In this document: positions 27,051 to 38,653 of the stretch, piece after piece
How positions within the stretch are numbered: position 1 is the stretch's first letter
Layout of the letters: each line of letters opens with the position of its first letter
Source: Haplodiscus bocki
Taxonomy: Eukaryota
Length of the DNA: 64,000 bases
Direction: 5' to 3'
Assembly: GCA_965655095.1 (NCBI GenBank)
Contig: OZ296651.1
Span: 54,994,001-55,058,000 of the forward strand
Position numbers and translations under genes: made by a program
Notes under the pieces: model-generated
Seen by the model: the letters and a program-made list of their open reading frames with translations, nothing else
The model's database searches: none
What the model was told of the DNA's origin: nothing

Positions 27051-27840
27051 TAATCTTGACAAGATAAAGCGACCGTGGGAAAGTCTGAATGGAAAATGAA
27101 AAAGTTTTCACCTAAGCGGTTTTTAATTACTTTTAGCCCTCTGATATTTTTTCAAAAATTGCATTTCTCGGAAACTATAATAGATATGAAACTCAAACTT
27201 TCAGTGTAGACTATGTAGACTATGAGCTATTGATTTCAATTAAGACCGCCAACCTCTGATCAAACCATGGTAAAATGGTAAGTTCTATTTTTACCATGGT
27301 AAGATGGTAGGTCCTATTTTGTTAGAACTTTTTTAGGTACAAAAATCCCAATTCAAGGAAGAGTACGACAGTTTTCAACTCTGGAGACAGCAATGGCAGT
27401 GCCAGCATAAGTTGGCGAGTCCGCGTGGCTCATAGAGTCCGCATTTGACATCAATCGAGTTAGCATTTAATAAGATATCTTTAAAAACTAAGTGCCACTC
27501 ATCATGCTGGCTTCGTCAACAGTTCACATCGTGAACATTTATTTTCAAAAATTCAGTCAAGCAAAGACAAAATTTCACTGGCCAAACTTTTATTTTCCTT
27601 TTTTCAATTTCATAAAATTCACATTCCATTGTCTGTCAATTTTTTTTTAAAAAAAGTAAAAAAAAGTTGACGCTCATCGAAAATGCTTTGGGTAGTGGCT
27701 GTTCAGTGGGACGTAAAAGTGCAAGTATAGTACTTCTTTTTCATTTCAAGTCTACCACCAACAGTTGAAGCGATGACGTTAAAAGAGGAAAAAAGTGGTG
27801 AAATGAATTACTTAGTCATGTTTTTTCTATCTTTCAAAAT

Positions 27841-28054
27841 TATTTTTCAATCATCATTCCTGTGCACCCCCATTGATATGCCTTCAAAATGAAATATTTT
27901 TTACACTTTTTGATGCAAACTACGGCGATGGTTTTTTTTGTATTTTTTTCACTATGTCTCAGTTAAGTTTAATGTAATTTTGTTTGAATTCAACTTGTTT
28001 TTTCAACTGTTATTTTGCCCTATTTTGTCCCCGTTGTTGATTTTGAAAAATACT
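27841..28054 (-). repeat. Right TIR of Polinton
   Basis: cattcctgtgcacccccattgatat...ttttgtccccgttgttgattttgaaaaatact. Confidence 0.8.
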
Positions 28055-30248
28055 AGCACTGTCTGAAATTACAGATCTCTACCAGAAGTAGATTTTACAA
28101 TGACACCTACGTCAATATTTTTGCCAGTGCGCAGTACTTCCTAGGAACTTTAATTTTGTATCAGGCTGGAGGCACAGCTAGCAAAAGCGCCGACCCAGGA
28201 TTTCTTCCCCAGAACTTATTAAAAAGGCCTTGACTTTCTGCGATTTTTTTTCAACAGTCCTTTTCATGAATTCGATCTCGTCAGCTTCCTTATAAAAAAT
28301 TTTACCTGCTACTTCTGCAGCCGATGTGTGTTGTTTTTTATCAGTTTATCCAATTTCGAAAAGTGCTTTTCTCTTTCTATTCTGACTTCGAGAAAAACTA
28401 ATTTTTCAACAATATTTTTAAGGGGCTGCATATATTTAGTTGAATTTTGTGAAAAAATTGGAAATACTGAGACAACCGTCAAAATTTCTAACTGAAAAAA
28501 AAATGCTAGGAACATACTTCCTTGTTTCTACAGTTAAAAGCTAAATATTTGTAGTTTTCATGGCGGAAAAATTGAAAAAATCCGCCCTAATCACGTTACT
28601 CGTCATAATCAGCGTCAACACTTCGGCAGCTAAACCAAAGTGGTCTTGAAATCTTCTGAAAGTGAGCTGAATTTTAATCAAAATTTCGGAGAAAAGTGAT
28701 GAACAAAACCAAAAGCTAGAACTTTCTGCATGCCGCGCTTTAGTTCGAGGACGCCGAAAACGGCAATTGAATAGTCAACCTGTCACATAAGGAAAACCAA
28801 TCCATCGCAAATGCCTTAATTCGAATTGCTAGTTGTGAAGGTGGCACTTAAAATAATTTTTTGAGTAATATCGTACATTTTTTTCGATTCAAACTTTTTG
28901 TTGACGCATTTTTAACGAGAATTCAGGTCCAAGTCAAAATCAGGTCCAAGTCCTATATCTCATTCAAATCACAATATTTTTTTAAAGCCGACATAACGGT
29001 TACGTCGACACACCAATGATTAAGTTATTTGGAATAGCCAAAGTGCATGCACTGATGATGTCACCTGAAGGAGATCAATCAAGAAATAGGCGTCATCTTC
29101 ACAATTTTCAATTCAAAATGCGGGTTATAAGTACTTGTACTCAGTTCTTCTGATTTTAATGAAATAGAAAGTGGAATAATGAGCTGATGTCAAATCATTA
29201 ATAGTGTTAGAAGCTTGTTATTTTGGCATCAAAATGGCGATTAATTGGAACTATAGATAAGGAAATTAAATTGCGCAACTTAAAACGGATTGAATTGTTG
29301 GAGGCGCACGCTGGTTCAATAAGAATCCGCTGCTCCGAGGATAGGCTTGACAGACAATTCAGATGTGCCGTCACTTCATTTTGGATGCCTACACGTTCTG
29401 GAATTGTACTCAATAGAATTTCAGTTGTTCGGTGCTGTACATGTTTTCTTCATATTTCAGAACTTATGTAGAAAAAGCTTCTGATGCGTTTCCGGTCGAA
29501 CTTCCACCCTGCCTGAAGGATTGATCCCATTCCGATTTTGCGTATCAACAGTTACTAATGTGCAATATTGTATCTTTATCATTCTGACCCTTCAAAAATT
29601 GCCACACCAATGCAGTTGAAAATAATTCGCCTGTCTGCGGTGCTGTTGCGTCTAAAAAAGTTGAGCAGCAAGTCGTCGACATTAAAAATAGCTCAATCAT
29701 TTCATCTCTGAACAACAAAATTTCTCCTCTTAATTCATATCCCTTCTTCCTTGCTATTGACGAAATGGTTAAACGTAAACCTCTAGGCTCTGGTAGCAAA
29801 ATTTTCACCAACTAGCTTCGTTACCTGCCTTGTCAGTTTTTTTCCCGTTTCCCAAAACCACAGGACTTCCGAATTTGGTCGGACTGAGGGTGAGTTCATT
29901 TTAGATGCCCCATTTTGTGAAAGTAGGTATTTGTTTCCTTCCCTACACCAAAATACTTTAGTTGATTCCTTTCTTTCTAACCAAATAAAAATTCAGATTG
30001 CACTTTTGTCCTCGAAGGCCCATTTCTCTCTACATCTGAAGCTGTCAAATTTGACGTGCCATTCTTTCTTCTAGATTCCAATCCCTCAGTTGGAGGTCAT
30101 GTCACCAGAGACGCATATCTGATTGATAGTACTAAAGAAAGCTTCTCCCCCTGTTTAAACACTCGCAAAAACGTTCCATGCTAGTTTTCCAAATTCCAGC
30201 CTCTAAACATCTCTCAGCAAACACTAGCTATCCACCTCGCTTTTAGAG

Positions 30249-30494
30249 TGTCGCGCGGTCTAGTACTTTAAATTTATTTGGTTCAATTTCCAAGTTGACA
30301 AAAGTCCTTCACTTGTTGGTGTGCGGCCGTTGCTATTTAAACAACTTAAGTCTCAAAATTGCCTTGCCGGCCCGCGTGAACAAAGTATTGCGTGAATTCG
30401 CTGGCAAGGACTTAGTGGATTGCTATGAAGTGGATTAAGAATTTGCAGAGAATTTATTCAGAGTTAACAGTTATAATATTGAAATAAAGTTATG
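30249..30494 (-). repeat. Partial LTR (246 bp)
   Basis: Matches 31314-31559 except two substitutions. Confidence 0.9.
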
Positions 30495-31313
30495 TCCAGG
30501 GGCAGTTGAAATGTGGTATTTCGTCAATTCTCTCGTCACTGAGAGTATTCCAAACAACCGGGCATTGATGGGCCGGATGTGGAATTCAAATATGATCGTT
30601 GAGTTCTTTAATCAGTTGCATAAGTTGAACTACAGATAAAAGATATCCGGGTCCCAAAAGTAGAATAAGAATTGCAAGAGACGGGAAGTACAAAATTAGG
30701 ATCAAATTCTGTCTCATTAAAAAGGGTTGAAATAAAAGGATACACAAAGAATTGATATTTTGAAAATCCAGGAGGTCCACCTTACCGAAACAATCTTATA
30801 GTACGTTACCCAAAAAAGAAAGATCCGTAGTTTTGTAGGAAATAGTGTCCCAATTTGCAAATGAGAGGTGAAATAGGTGGGCGTTGAACTCGCTTCGTTA
30901 GATGAGCAGGATAGGTAGGTCGTCGTTCATCGAATATCAGGAATCACAGTCCTGTCCAAATATGACCCGTTCCAATCGTATCACAGCGAGAAGATAAGGT
31001 GGTGTCAATAGAAGTGCCACTATTGTCAACAGGAAAAAGTAGAGAGCCACAATCAAGTCACGTCTCATCCACGGTGACTCAAGTCAAATTCGTACGTGGT
31101 CACTTGGAGAAATCCGGTGTCGAGTTAAAATATTCAGTCTTACTAGCACCAAGAATAAAGATCCAATAGTGATTATATTATTCACAGTTAAAAAAATAAC
31201 CAAAATTGAAATTAAGATGCCTGGAGAGAGTAGCACAATAGAATTAAAAAACCCGTAGACTTCACTCATAGCATCATCATAAAAAATTTTTGGCCTCACT
31301 GGTCGCACCAGTT
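30495..31313 (-). repeat. Duplicate of the 5' leader including the PBS (819 bp)
   Basis: Matches 46963-47781; one difference noticed. Confidence 0.95.
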
Positions 31314-33178
31314 TGTCGCGCGGTCTAGTAGTTTAAATTTATTTGGTTCAATTTCCAAGTTGACAAAAGTCCTTCACTTGTTGGTGTGCGGCCGTTGCTA
31401 TTTAAACAACTTAAGTCTCAAAATTGCCTTGCCGGCCCGCGTGAACAAAGTATTGCGTGAATTTGCTGGCAAGGACTTAGTGGATTGCTATGAAGTGGAT
31501 TAAGAATTTGCAGAGAATTTATTCAGAGTTAACAGTTATAATATTGAAATAAAGTTATGGCTTCAAATACAATACTAGTAAACTTGGTAGGGAGTGCACA
31601 AAGGTGATGGTACTGTTCCAGCGTAGAAGATTTAGTTCAAATTTCACTCTATTCCAGTTTCATTCAAAGTAAGGAAGTTAGCAACTGTATTATCCAGAAT
31701 TATTTGCTCAAAATTTATCAATACCCAGAGATTTTTATGACGGAATTACAAATTCAGATTTTTAAGATGAATTTCAACAGAATATTGTTGCACGCGTTTT
31801 AATTCGTTTGACCATAAGATATAAAATCAGTAAAATCACAGTAGCATTGATTATGATACCTTTTCTAACCTCATAGGAGATGAGTCGTCGTTGAGCACCA
31901 CCAACCTGGTAAAAGTTACGTTGGGACGGAAAATACAATTGTCCATTTTTTCTAACAGTTCATTTTACAAGTAATCCTCTAAGTCAATTTTACTTTTAAT
32001 TCAGCTTCGATCAGAGGTGTTAGGTTAGTAGCTAAGACACGGTAACTCAGCTTACGCGTAGCAACCGAGCGATTTCTCCTAAGGTCAGGAATTTAAAACA
32101 TTGAGTAAGAATCAATGTGCCTCTGACGTTTATTTCTGATCGAGGACTGGGTTAGTGTTAGTTTTTATCTAAGACTCGGCATCATTTCACTTTAATGGAG
32201 GCAGCCAACAAAGGGCACAACCCCAAACGGAAGTAGCCACTGAGGAAATTTTCTTAGGGTTCGGGAACTCAGTTGAGTCTCACACGTCCTTTTAGGATCG
32301 TGGTCATCCGTTAGCTCTTCTTTAGAGTATATGATAACAGGCCCGATCTTAAATACTAAGTTTCCTGGCGAGATATACTCTGTCAGGGGTTAGTTATTTT
32401 AGATAATAACATTTTGTTCAATACTTTCAGAATTTTTCAATACGCTGCCTTCGATTCCTTTCGTTTGGCTGTTTGGTCTTTGGATAGTAGTTTTCTTTTT
32501 CTTTGTGAATAGTAGAATTATTCCGTCTTTGAAGAAGTTTTGGCCAAATTTTAGGAAGATTGGAGTTTTGTTCGAAACTTATAATTTTCTGAAGTTTTCG
32601 ATGGTTCTTGTAGGGAAAATTAAGAATTTTAGTAATTCCGCTGTTTTGGAGGTGGTAGTCGACGGTAGGCAAAAAGGAAAGTTTTGATTCCTTCAGTTGG
32701 TGGCCGTCGCTCAAATTGGCGGAGCTCTCGTACTTTTCAAGGCTATTACCAAGTACGGTAGGCCGTGCGCCAAGGAGCGCCAAATATGGTGATCTGTCAA
32801 AAAGTGTCAAAAATTTGAACTAAAAAGAGCAGGGTGTGCAGTTCGGGAAGCAATAAAATTAAGCTTCCGAGAGCGGGGGGTAACAAATAGGAAAGCTTCG
32901 TTTTATCAGTTTGAAGCATGGCAACGAAATTTTGAAGCTTCAAACTGTGCAATTCCAACTTTGTTACCGCTCCCTTCAAACGGTAAGTTGCTATTATTAC
33001 TTCTTTTACGTCATTGCTAAATTTAGAACTAGCACTCTTTAATACTATGGCTACTGGTTAGCGTTATTGCTAACGTAAATTTAGGACTAGCACTCTTTAG
33101 CAGTATGGACTGTTTAGCGTTAAAGCTTTAGTTTAACGTTTACAGTTATGGTTGTTTAGCGTTAGGTCTAACGCGACA
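31314..33178 (-). repeat. 3' LTR (1865 bp)
   Basis: TG...CA with TGTCGCG/CGCGACA inverted ends; adjacent to the PPT. Confidence 0.95.
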
Positions 33179-33192
33179 ACTCACCCCACCGA
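33179..33192 (-). promoter_or_regulatory. Polypurine tract
   Basis: Minus strand ...ggtggggtgagt directly before the LTR TG; conserved at 61934. Confidence 0.75.
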
Positions 33193-33218
33193 CAAGGTGT
33201 TGAAAATGATTGGGGTCT

Positions 33219-34145
33219 CTACGGAAAAGGAAAAAGTAGAGAAGACTGGGTAGGTGGTTTTGGGGGGTCAAAGAAAGAAACATCAAAATACATAATGTCA
33301 TTATGAAGGTAGCCATTGGTTTCCTCAAAAAGTTTCGTATGCGGGAAGAAATACGGGTACCGAACGGTTGGTACTGTAGAAAAGTCAGATATTGTGGGTC
33401 GTGTTAATTCTCCGCGTTCGATGGTCTGGCTCCAAACATTCAGAGGGTTAAGTTGGTCACGTACTTTGATTTGAATGGTTTTAGAGACCGGCCAGGGTAG
33501 AATGTCATGATATTCACCAGGAGAGATAGAAGGTGAAAGAGAGAGCCAAGTCCCAATAGCAGCAGTGAAACCATAAGGATACAATTCCAGATAGAAATTA
33601 TAGCCATAGGGGTGAGACCTGAAAAGAGGGCTTCGAAGTCGGGTGGTCGGTGCATTTTCTCGTCCAGGCTTTAAATACCAGAGTCTGGCAGATTCGAATA
33701 CAAATTTGACAGACGCTACCTTCCACAAAATAAAATTACAATTACTATGTTCGAACTGACAAATTAGATCGCTCATGGTAGATAGCTGATGTTGAAAGGT
33801 ATTAAGCCTCGCATTGTACCTGCACGTCTCAGTGGAGAGACGTTTTTCTAAAAGTTTAATTCTGTTTTCAAGAGAGGCTAATGGAGAGGACTTTTTTGCG
33901 GTTTGTTGGTCAAGTACTTCAATGTGAGTTTGTAAAAGAGCAAAGTCTCGTTGAAGACGTTGTACAAGTTGCTTGAGTGTAGTCCGCTCCAATTTTTCCG
34001 TCTCCACGTGTGTACGCAATTGCAATAGGGTGGAATATATAGCTCCATCAGGTGATAAAGTTCAATTGCCATCTGTAGGAAAAGTTTGGATAGAGGAGGT
34101 AGGTTCCTCGGGTAATCCCAAAAATTCAGGGAGGAGGTAATTCAT
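33219..34145 (-). CDS. TRAF-like protein (coiled coil + MATH/TRAF-C, no RING or zinc fingers); one in-frame TGA near the 5' end
   Basis: ILWKV, SPLFRSHPYGYNFYLELYPYG, LSL...GEYHDILPWP, RDQ, RPT and YLHND match the TRAF-C pattern, with heptad repeats upstream. ATG at 34145 is in frame through one stop. Confidence 0.85.
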
Positions 34146-34433
34146 TACTCACAGATTATTAAGTGAACAGTTAAGCAAATTCAAGGTGAGTAATTTAACA
34201 TTTAAATCAATGCTGAAGATTAGCTGTAATAGCGCACAGCGGAACAACAAGCCGCTGAGTGGGAAGAAGTGTGTTCTGTATGGTGAATTCCTGTTGCTGG
34301 CTGTCCCAAAAAACTAACTTCTACGAGAAATATTCTGGTTTCAAACTATAACACAAATGGGGGTTGAAACGAGGTTTCTTCACGGCCTTCGCTAGTTGTG
34401 CGAAATATTCCCGTTTGTGTTGGCGAGCAAGTG

Positions 34434-34818
34434 TTAGTCTGCTCCTTTTTGGAAAGCTTTGCTGGTGTGTCGTTGCAAATTTCGAACTCGTTTTTTCGGT
34501 CGGGCACGTGCGCGTGCACGGCGAGAGGATAAGTTCTTGGACTTAGCGTTTCCAACAGAAGATGCAATAGTAGAAATTTGTGGCTGGTCAGTAGTGAAGA
34601 TAGCAACTGAACACCCCGTAACCGAAGATAGTCCCCGCGTCGTTGAAGCTGTGTCTGATTGCTCGTCGGGTGAAGCAGGGTTTGATGGAATACTCATCGA
34701 AGAAGGTGAGAGAAGAGTTACAACTGGCTCGGCTGGTTGTTCCAATGCTGATGGCGTTAAAGTTGGAAATATGATAATCCAAATCTGTTAAGATGGGCAA
34801 AGAGTCGTCGCTCTCCAT
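34434..34818 (-). CDS. Ser/Pro-rich accessory ORF with Arg-rich motif (probable frameshift near 5' end)
   Basis: SSRRARARARPKKRVRNLQRH; ATG at 34818 shortly after a tttag acceptor-like site. Confidence 0.45.
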
Positions 34819-34902
34819 TGATTGAGAACCTAAACACTAAGAATTAGTACCGTGTTATATTAAAAAAATTTTATACCGGTGATAATGGTAGTGTTGCCGT
34901 GC

Positions 34903-37020
34903 TCATCGCAGGGTAGAGGTGCTCGTCTTTTTTTTCACTTCCTCTTTCACCTCATGCATATCATTTTCGACACATGGACTTACGTCCATGTGCTCAACAG
35001 CGGCTATCGCCGGAGCACGTGGGCTATACATGGAAGTTAAGACACTTGTTAAGGAAATTTTGTACGAGGCACTCAAGAGGGTCTCACCAAACCCTAGAGT
35101 TGAACCAGTTAACTTATCTATTTCCATGTAGCGCACGATCATAACTACCATATCAATTAAGAGCTTAATGAACAAAAAGACTGAGAAGTAAATTCCGCAA
35201 TGCTCAAGTACATAAACGACAGGTCCAAACGTGTCCAAGAATTGATCTTTGAAATACCCAGGCGAAATCATCTTATCCACAAAGAACTCGGTTCGTGGTG
35301 TGTAATAATGAGAGCTGTCTGTTCCTTCTTTAGCGGTGGTGGTGTAAACAATAAGATTTTGTGAGAACTTCTTAAGCGCAGATCTCGAAGCGGCATTAAT
35401 AAGGATACTATCCCAAAATCCTTTAAGCTCATTACGAGTATACATGCCCGCGTCCTGTGATCCAGTGAAAGTAGGGGAAGCAACTGGACTAATATCTTGA
35501 GGTCCAAATATGGCAGGTTTGTCTTGATGTACAATACCAGGTTTCAGAGTGTACAAGGACTCTTCCTGATCCATGTCAAGTTGAAACAGGTTCTTGATGC
35601 GATCAGAACAATTTTGAGTCATGGCATGTGGATAGGTTTGTCGAGTTATTGGGTCAACAAACTGAATTTGTCCTCTGTAAAGAATTGGAATTTTGTCAAA
35701 GCACTGGTTCATTGTGTGGAGAGGCGAGTGAACTTTCGGGCAGTGATAGAGCCATGCTACACTCCCATCTGTTTCTAGAAACATCGATCGATTACCAGTG
35801 AGCATGTAACCGGCCAAACGCGGGTTCTCAAGAGCGAGCATGAGATTAGTTAGAATTCGGGTACGTTCTTGTTCGCATTGATTCTGCAGTAGCTGTATTT
35901 CCGTAGCTTGGAGTAATCGCGAGCTTTGAAAGAATAGATAATCGATTTTCGTTCCAAGATGAATTTCGTAATCAATGTTCAGATAGTTGTCAGGGTCCGC
36001 TGTTTGTACTTTTTGTGTTCCTTCCAACTTAGGATTATGAGCATATAGTTGACCGAAGTCGCCTTTCTCCTTTGGTCCCAGGTATTGTAAGATCTTGGTT
36101 GCTCCGTTTGGATCACGACCCCGGTTTCTCCCGGTGTCCATGTCAAAACCTTCACTTAAACGATCCATGTACAGTGACTCGTAGTTTGTAGGATAAATAG
36201 ATGTTGGCTTTCCACAATGCTTCTGAGGGTTGTTCTTGACTTCAAATACAAATTTAGAGCTGGATTCGGCTCCACTGATAACGTAATATTTCTTTCCTTG
36301 TTTCACCATATTGACTTCTTCCGTTCAAAGTATTGAAAGCGCACAGTTGTCGGGATAGTCCCAGATGTAGGCGTAAGGGTCTAATGAAGTAGTTTCGCAT
36401 CCCAGTTCTTCTAGAGCGCATGGTAAAATTAAACCGCTATCGGATAAAACTTTTCCGTTTTCTAAAGTAACTTTCAGAGTTGTTGTCTGCATGTGAGGGA
36501 GGAAGGTGTCACGAGTGATCCAACCTTTACCGTCACATTCATTCCTGTAGTCATCGCTGGTGTCACCATAAATTTTTACAATAGGATCTTTTGTATCAAA
36601 ACCAAAGTTTATAGAATGTCCAAGCAAGGTAATATCTTTTCCTTTTGCTAACGTTCGGCATTGTTCTGGAGAGATAACAATGTCACTCGTAATTCCTGCA
36701 ATAGTATGATCAATGCTGCTATGATCATGGTGTCCGCAGTGCCATTCTTCTCGTTGGGGTTGTACTCGGCATTTAGTGGCGTTCAATTTCTTTCTGAAGT
36801 GTTTGGTGTAGAGCACAACTTTGGCCTTACTTTTTTCCAAGTCTTCAGGCGTAATATGGCATGGTCGTACCTGATTTATGGCGCAAAGAGTATTTTCAGT
36901 CATCTCACTGCAATCGAAATGAGCTACTTTAAGGGCTGGCGCAACCTGGTCTTCATCTGGAGTTAAATTGAAAAGTACCTCGACAGTAGGTGCGAGGATT
37001 TGAAAGAACAATAGCTTCAT
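34903..37020 (-). CDS. env: Envelope glycoprotein, chuvirus-G-like (class III fusion type); one in-frame TGA at 36325
   Basis: ORFs 36325-37140 and 34903-36309 share one frame. Hydrophobic N-terminus, HFDC, Cys-rich ectodomain, CFDKIPILYRGQIQFVDPITR and a C-terminal TM helix. Confidence 0.8.
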
Positions 37021-37296
37021 CGCTAATTGAGTTAGCGGAAGTCCCATTTGTAGAGGGTAGCTAAGAAAAATGAACCGTAAAAAGGTAAGCCGTAATATCA
37101 AACCGGCAGCTTTGTGGGCACTAAGACAAAGCGGGAGCAAAAATCTTATAGTAGTTGCTCCACTACTGTAAAACGACGTCGAGATTTTTATGAAGGGCGC
37201 TGGACCGAACCCAGTATCGTCAAAAAGGGACGCCGGACTAAAACCGGATCGTTAGAAAAAAGTGCCAATTGGGGTTTTCTAACCTGAGTTGAAGCT

Positions 37297-37638
37297 CTAA
37301 TAACTAGTCTTAGAACGTTTCGAACTGGATTGTCCGTTGTCGTTAGTCAGTGACTGACAATGAAGAATAAGTTCTGTCACCAGATGTTTTTGTAGTGGGT
37401 GAGCTTGAGCAAAGAAGGGAAACTTGTTGAAGTCTACCAGAGACGACAGGAGGTTGATCAGGTCTTCTGTGTCTTAATTGATAGGTATCTTCCAAGTTCC
37501 AGGCTGAGCTTGTCGTAGGCTTCAGACTGTTATTATATTTGGCTTTTCAACTCCTCCCCAAACAATTTTTGTTATCTCCAGATGGTTTCCAGTTACAGGA
37601 TGTTGCCAGATACACTTGAGATTGAGCTCGTAAGTCAT
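37297..37638 (-). pseudogene. Small accessory ORF C (113 codons, two internal stops)
   Basis: MTYELNLKCIWQHPVTGNHLEITKIVWGG...; starts 7 nt after the ORF B stop. Confidence 0.45.
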
Positions 37639-37645
37639 GAATTTT

Positions 37646-37869
37646 CTACTCAAAAATTTTGTTTATACTCTTTGTGTTTCCGGGTGCCGGGTTAAGGTAG
37701 AGGTTTTTAATAAAAGAATAGTGCTCTGATTCTTCGGGACACTTGAAGTTAATTCTTCCCAATCACCAACTCTTTCTGTAAATACTGTAAATACTTTCGT
37801 TTCTGAATTATAAGTTAAATGTTCAAGAAGATAAGAATCGTTATTAATTTCAAGAAAAATTGTGGTCAT
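37646..37869 (-). pseudogene. Small accessory ORF B (~74 aa, 1-nt frameshift), paralog of ORF A
   Basis: MTTIFLEINNDSYLLEHLTYNSETK...KCPEESEHYSFIKNLYLNP. Confidence 0.55.
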
Positions 37870-37886
37870 CTGTTCTTTGTAATTTC

Positions 37887-38108
37887 TTAGATAATTCGTT
37901 TGCGGCTTTTTTTTTCTGCTGATGGAGGGTTTTTGTAAAGACCTTATATAAAGGAATAATATTCTGATTCTTTGAGGCACTTGAAAGTCGTTTGTATTCT
38001 AGTGTCGACATCTTCTAATTTTACGTCAAGACTTTTTGTAGTTGAATCGTAGGTTATCTTTCGTAGCATGAAAGTGTCTCCGTTGATTTTGAAGAATATG
38101 ATTGTCAT
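37887..38108 (-). pseudogene. Small accessory ORF A (73 codons, one internal stop)
   Basis: MTIIFFKINGDTFMLRKITYDSTTK...KCLKESEYYSFI*GLYKNP. Confidence 0.55.
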
Positions 38109-38653
38109 CTGTTTAATAGATTTCCCAATTGGTTGAGTGTTAGGTGTTTGTTGTCAGTCGCTGGATGGGATATCAGTTGCGTTGAGCTGCTTCGTACCGT
38201 TCTGAGTGCATATCACATCTGAGAACGATGTTTCAATTTAGAACCAAGTTTTAAACATTTCGTAAGATAACTAATTAATAATTTAAGAGATTCATTGAAA
38301 ATAAGTTTAGGATAAAATAGTTTTATTCAAATAAATTAGGTTCAAATGTAGGCTGAATCGTGCAAGACTAATAGACGGAGTCGTGCAACAATATTCTATC
38401 TTCTTTTTTCTTTTTCCCAATCTTTCTTCCGTTCTGCTGTGGCTTGTCACAGCAGGGCCTTCCGGGGAAAAATTGCAGAAACTTTTGGGTAGGGAATAGC
38501 TGAAGTTGAGAATGAAGTAGTAAAATGATGGGTTGCAGATCAAAATTGAATGTAGAAGTCGGGTAAAAATTCTGTTTTCCGGGGGATTTGTTGGGTTTCA
38601 TTCCAATTGTTGGTCCATTCGAATTTGTGTTACATTCCAATTGTTGCTACAGG

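Larger units (their letters stand above)
12029..28054. mobile_element. Polinton/Maverick, full length (~16 kb), decayed
   Basis: AG...CT termini, ~210-bp imperfect TIRs, flanks aacatt/agcact (4/6 match, probable 6-bp TSD) and the canonical Polinton gene set inside. Confidence 0.9.

Noticed and set aside
30586-31308. Duplicated 64-aa and 74-aa ORFs (also at 47054-47776)
   Set aside because: Identity reflects the very recent leader duplication; non-ATG starts and no motifs.
33878-34072. cag|ATG-started 64-aa ORF as the TRAF start
   Set aside because: Out of frame with the TRAF domain; the in-frame ATG is at 34145, through a single TGA.
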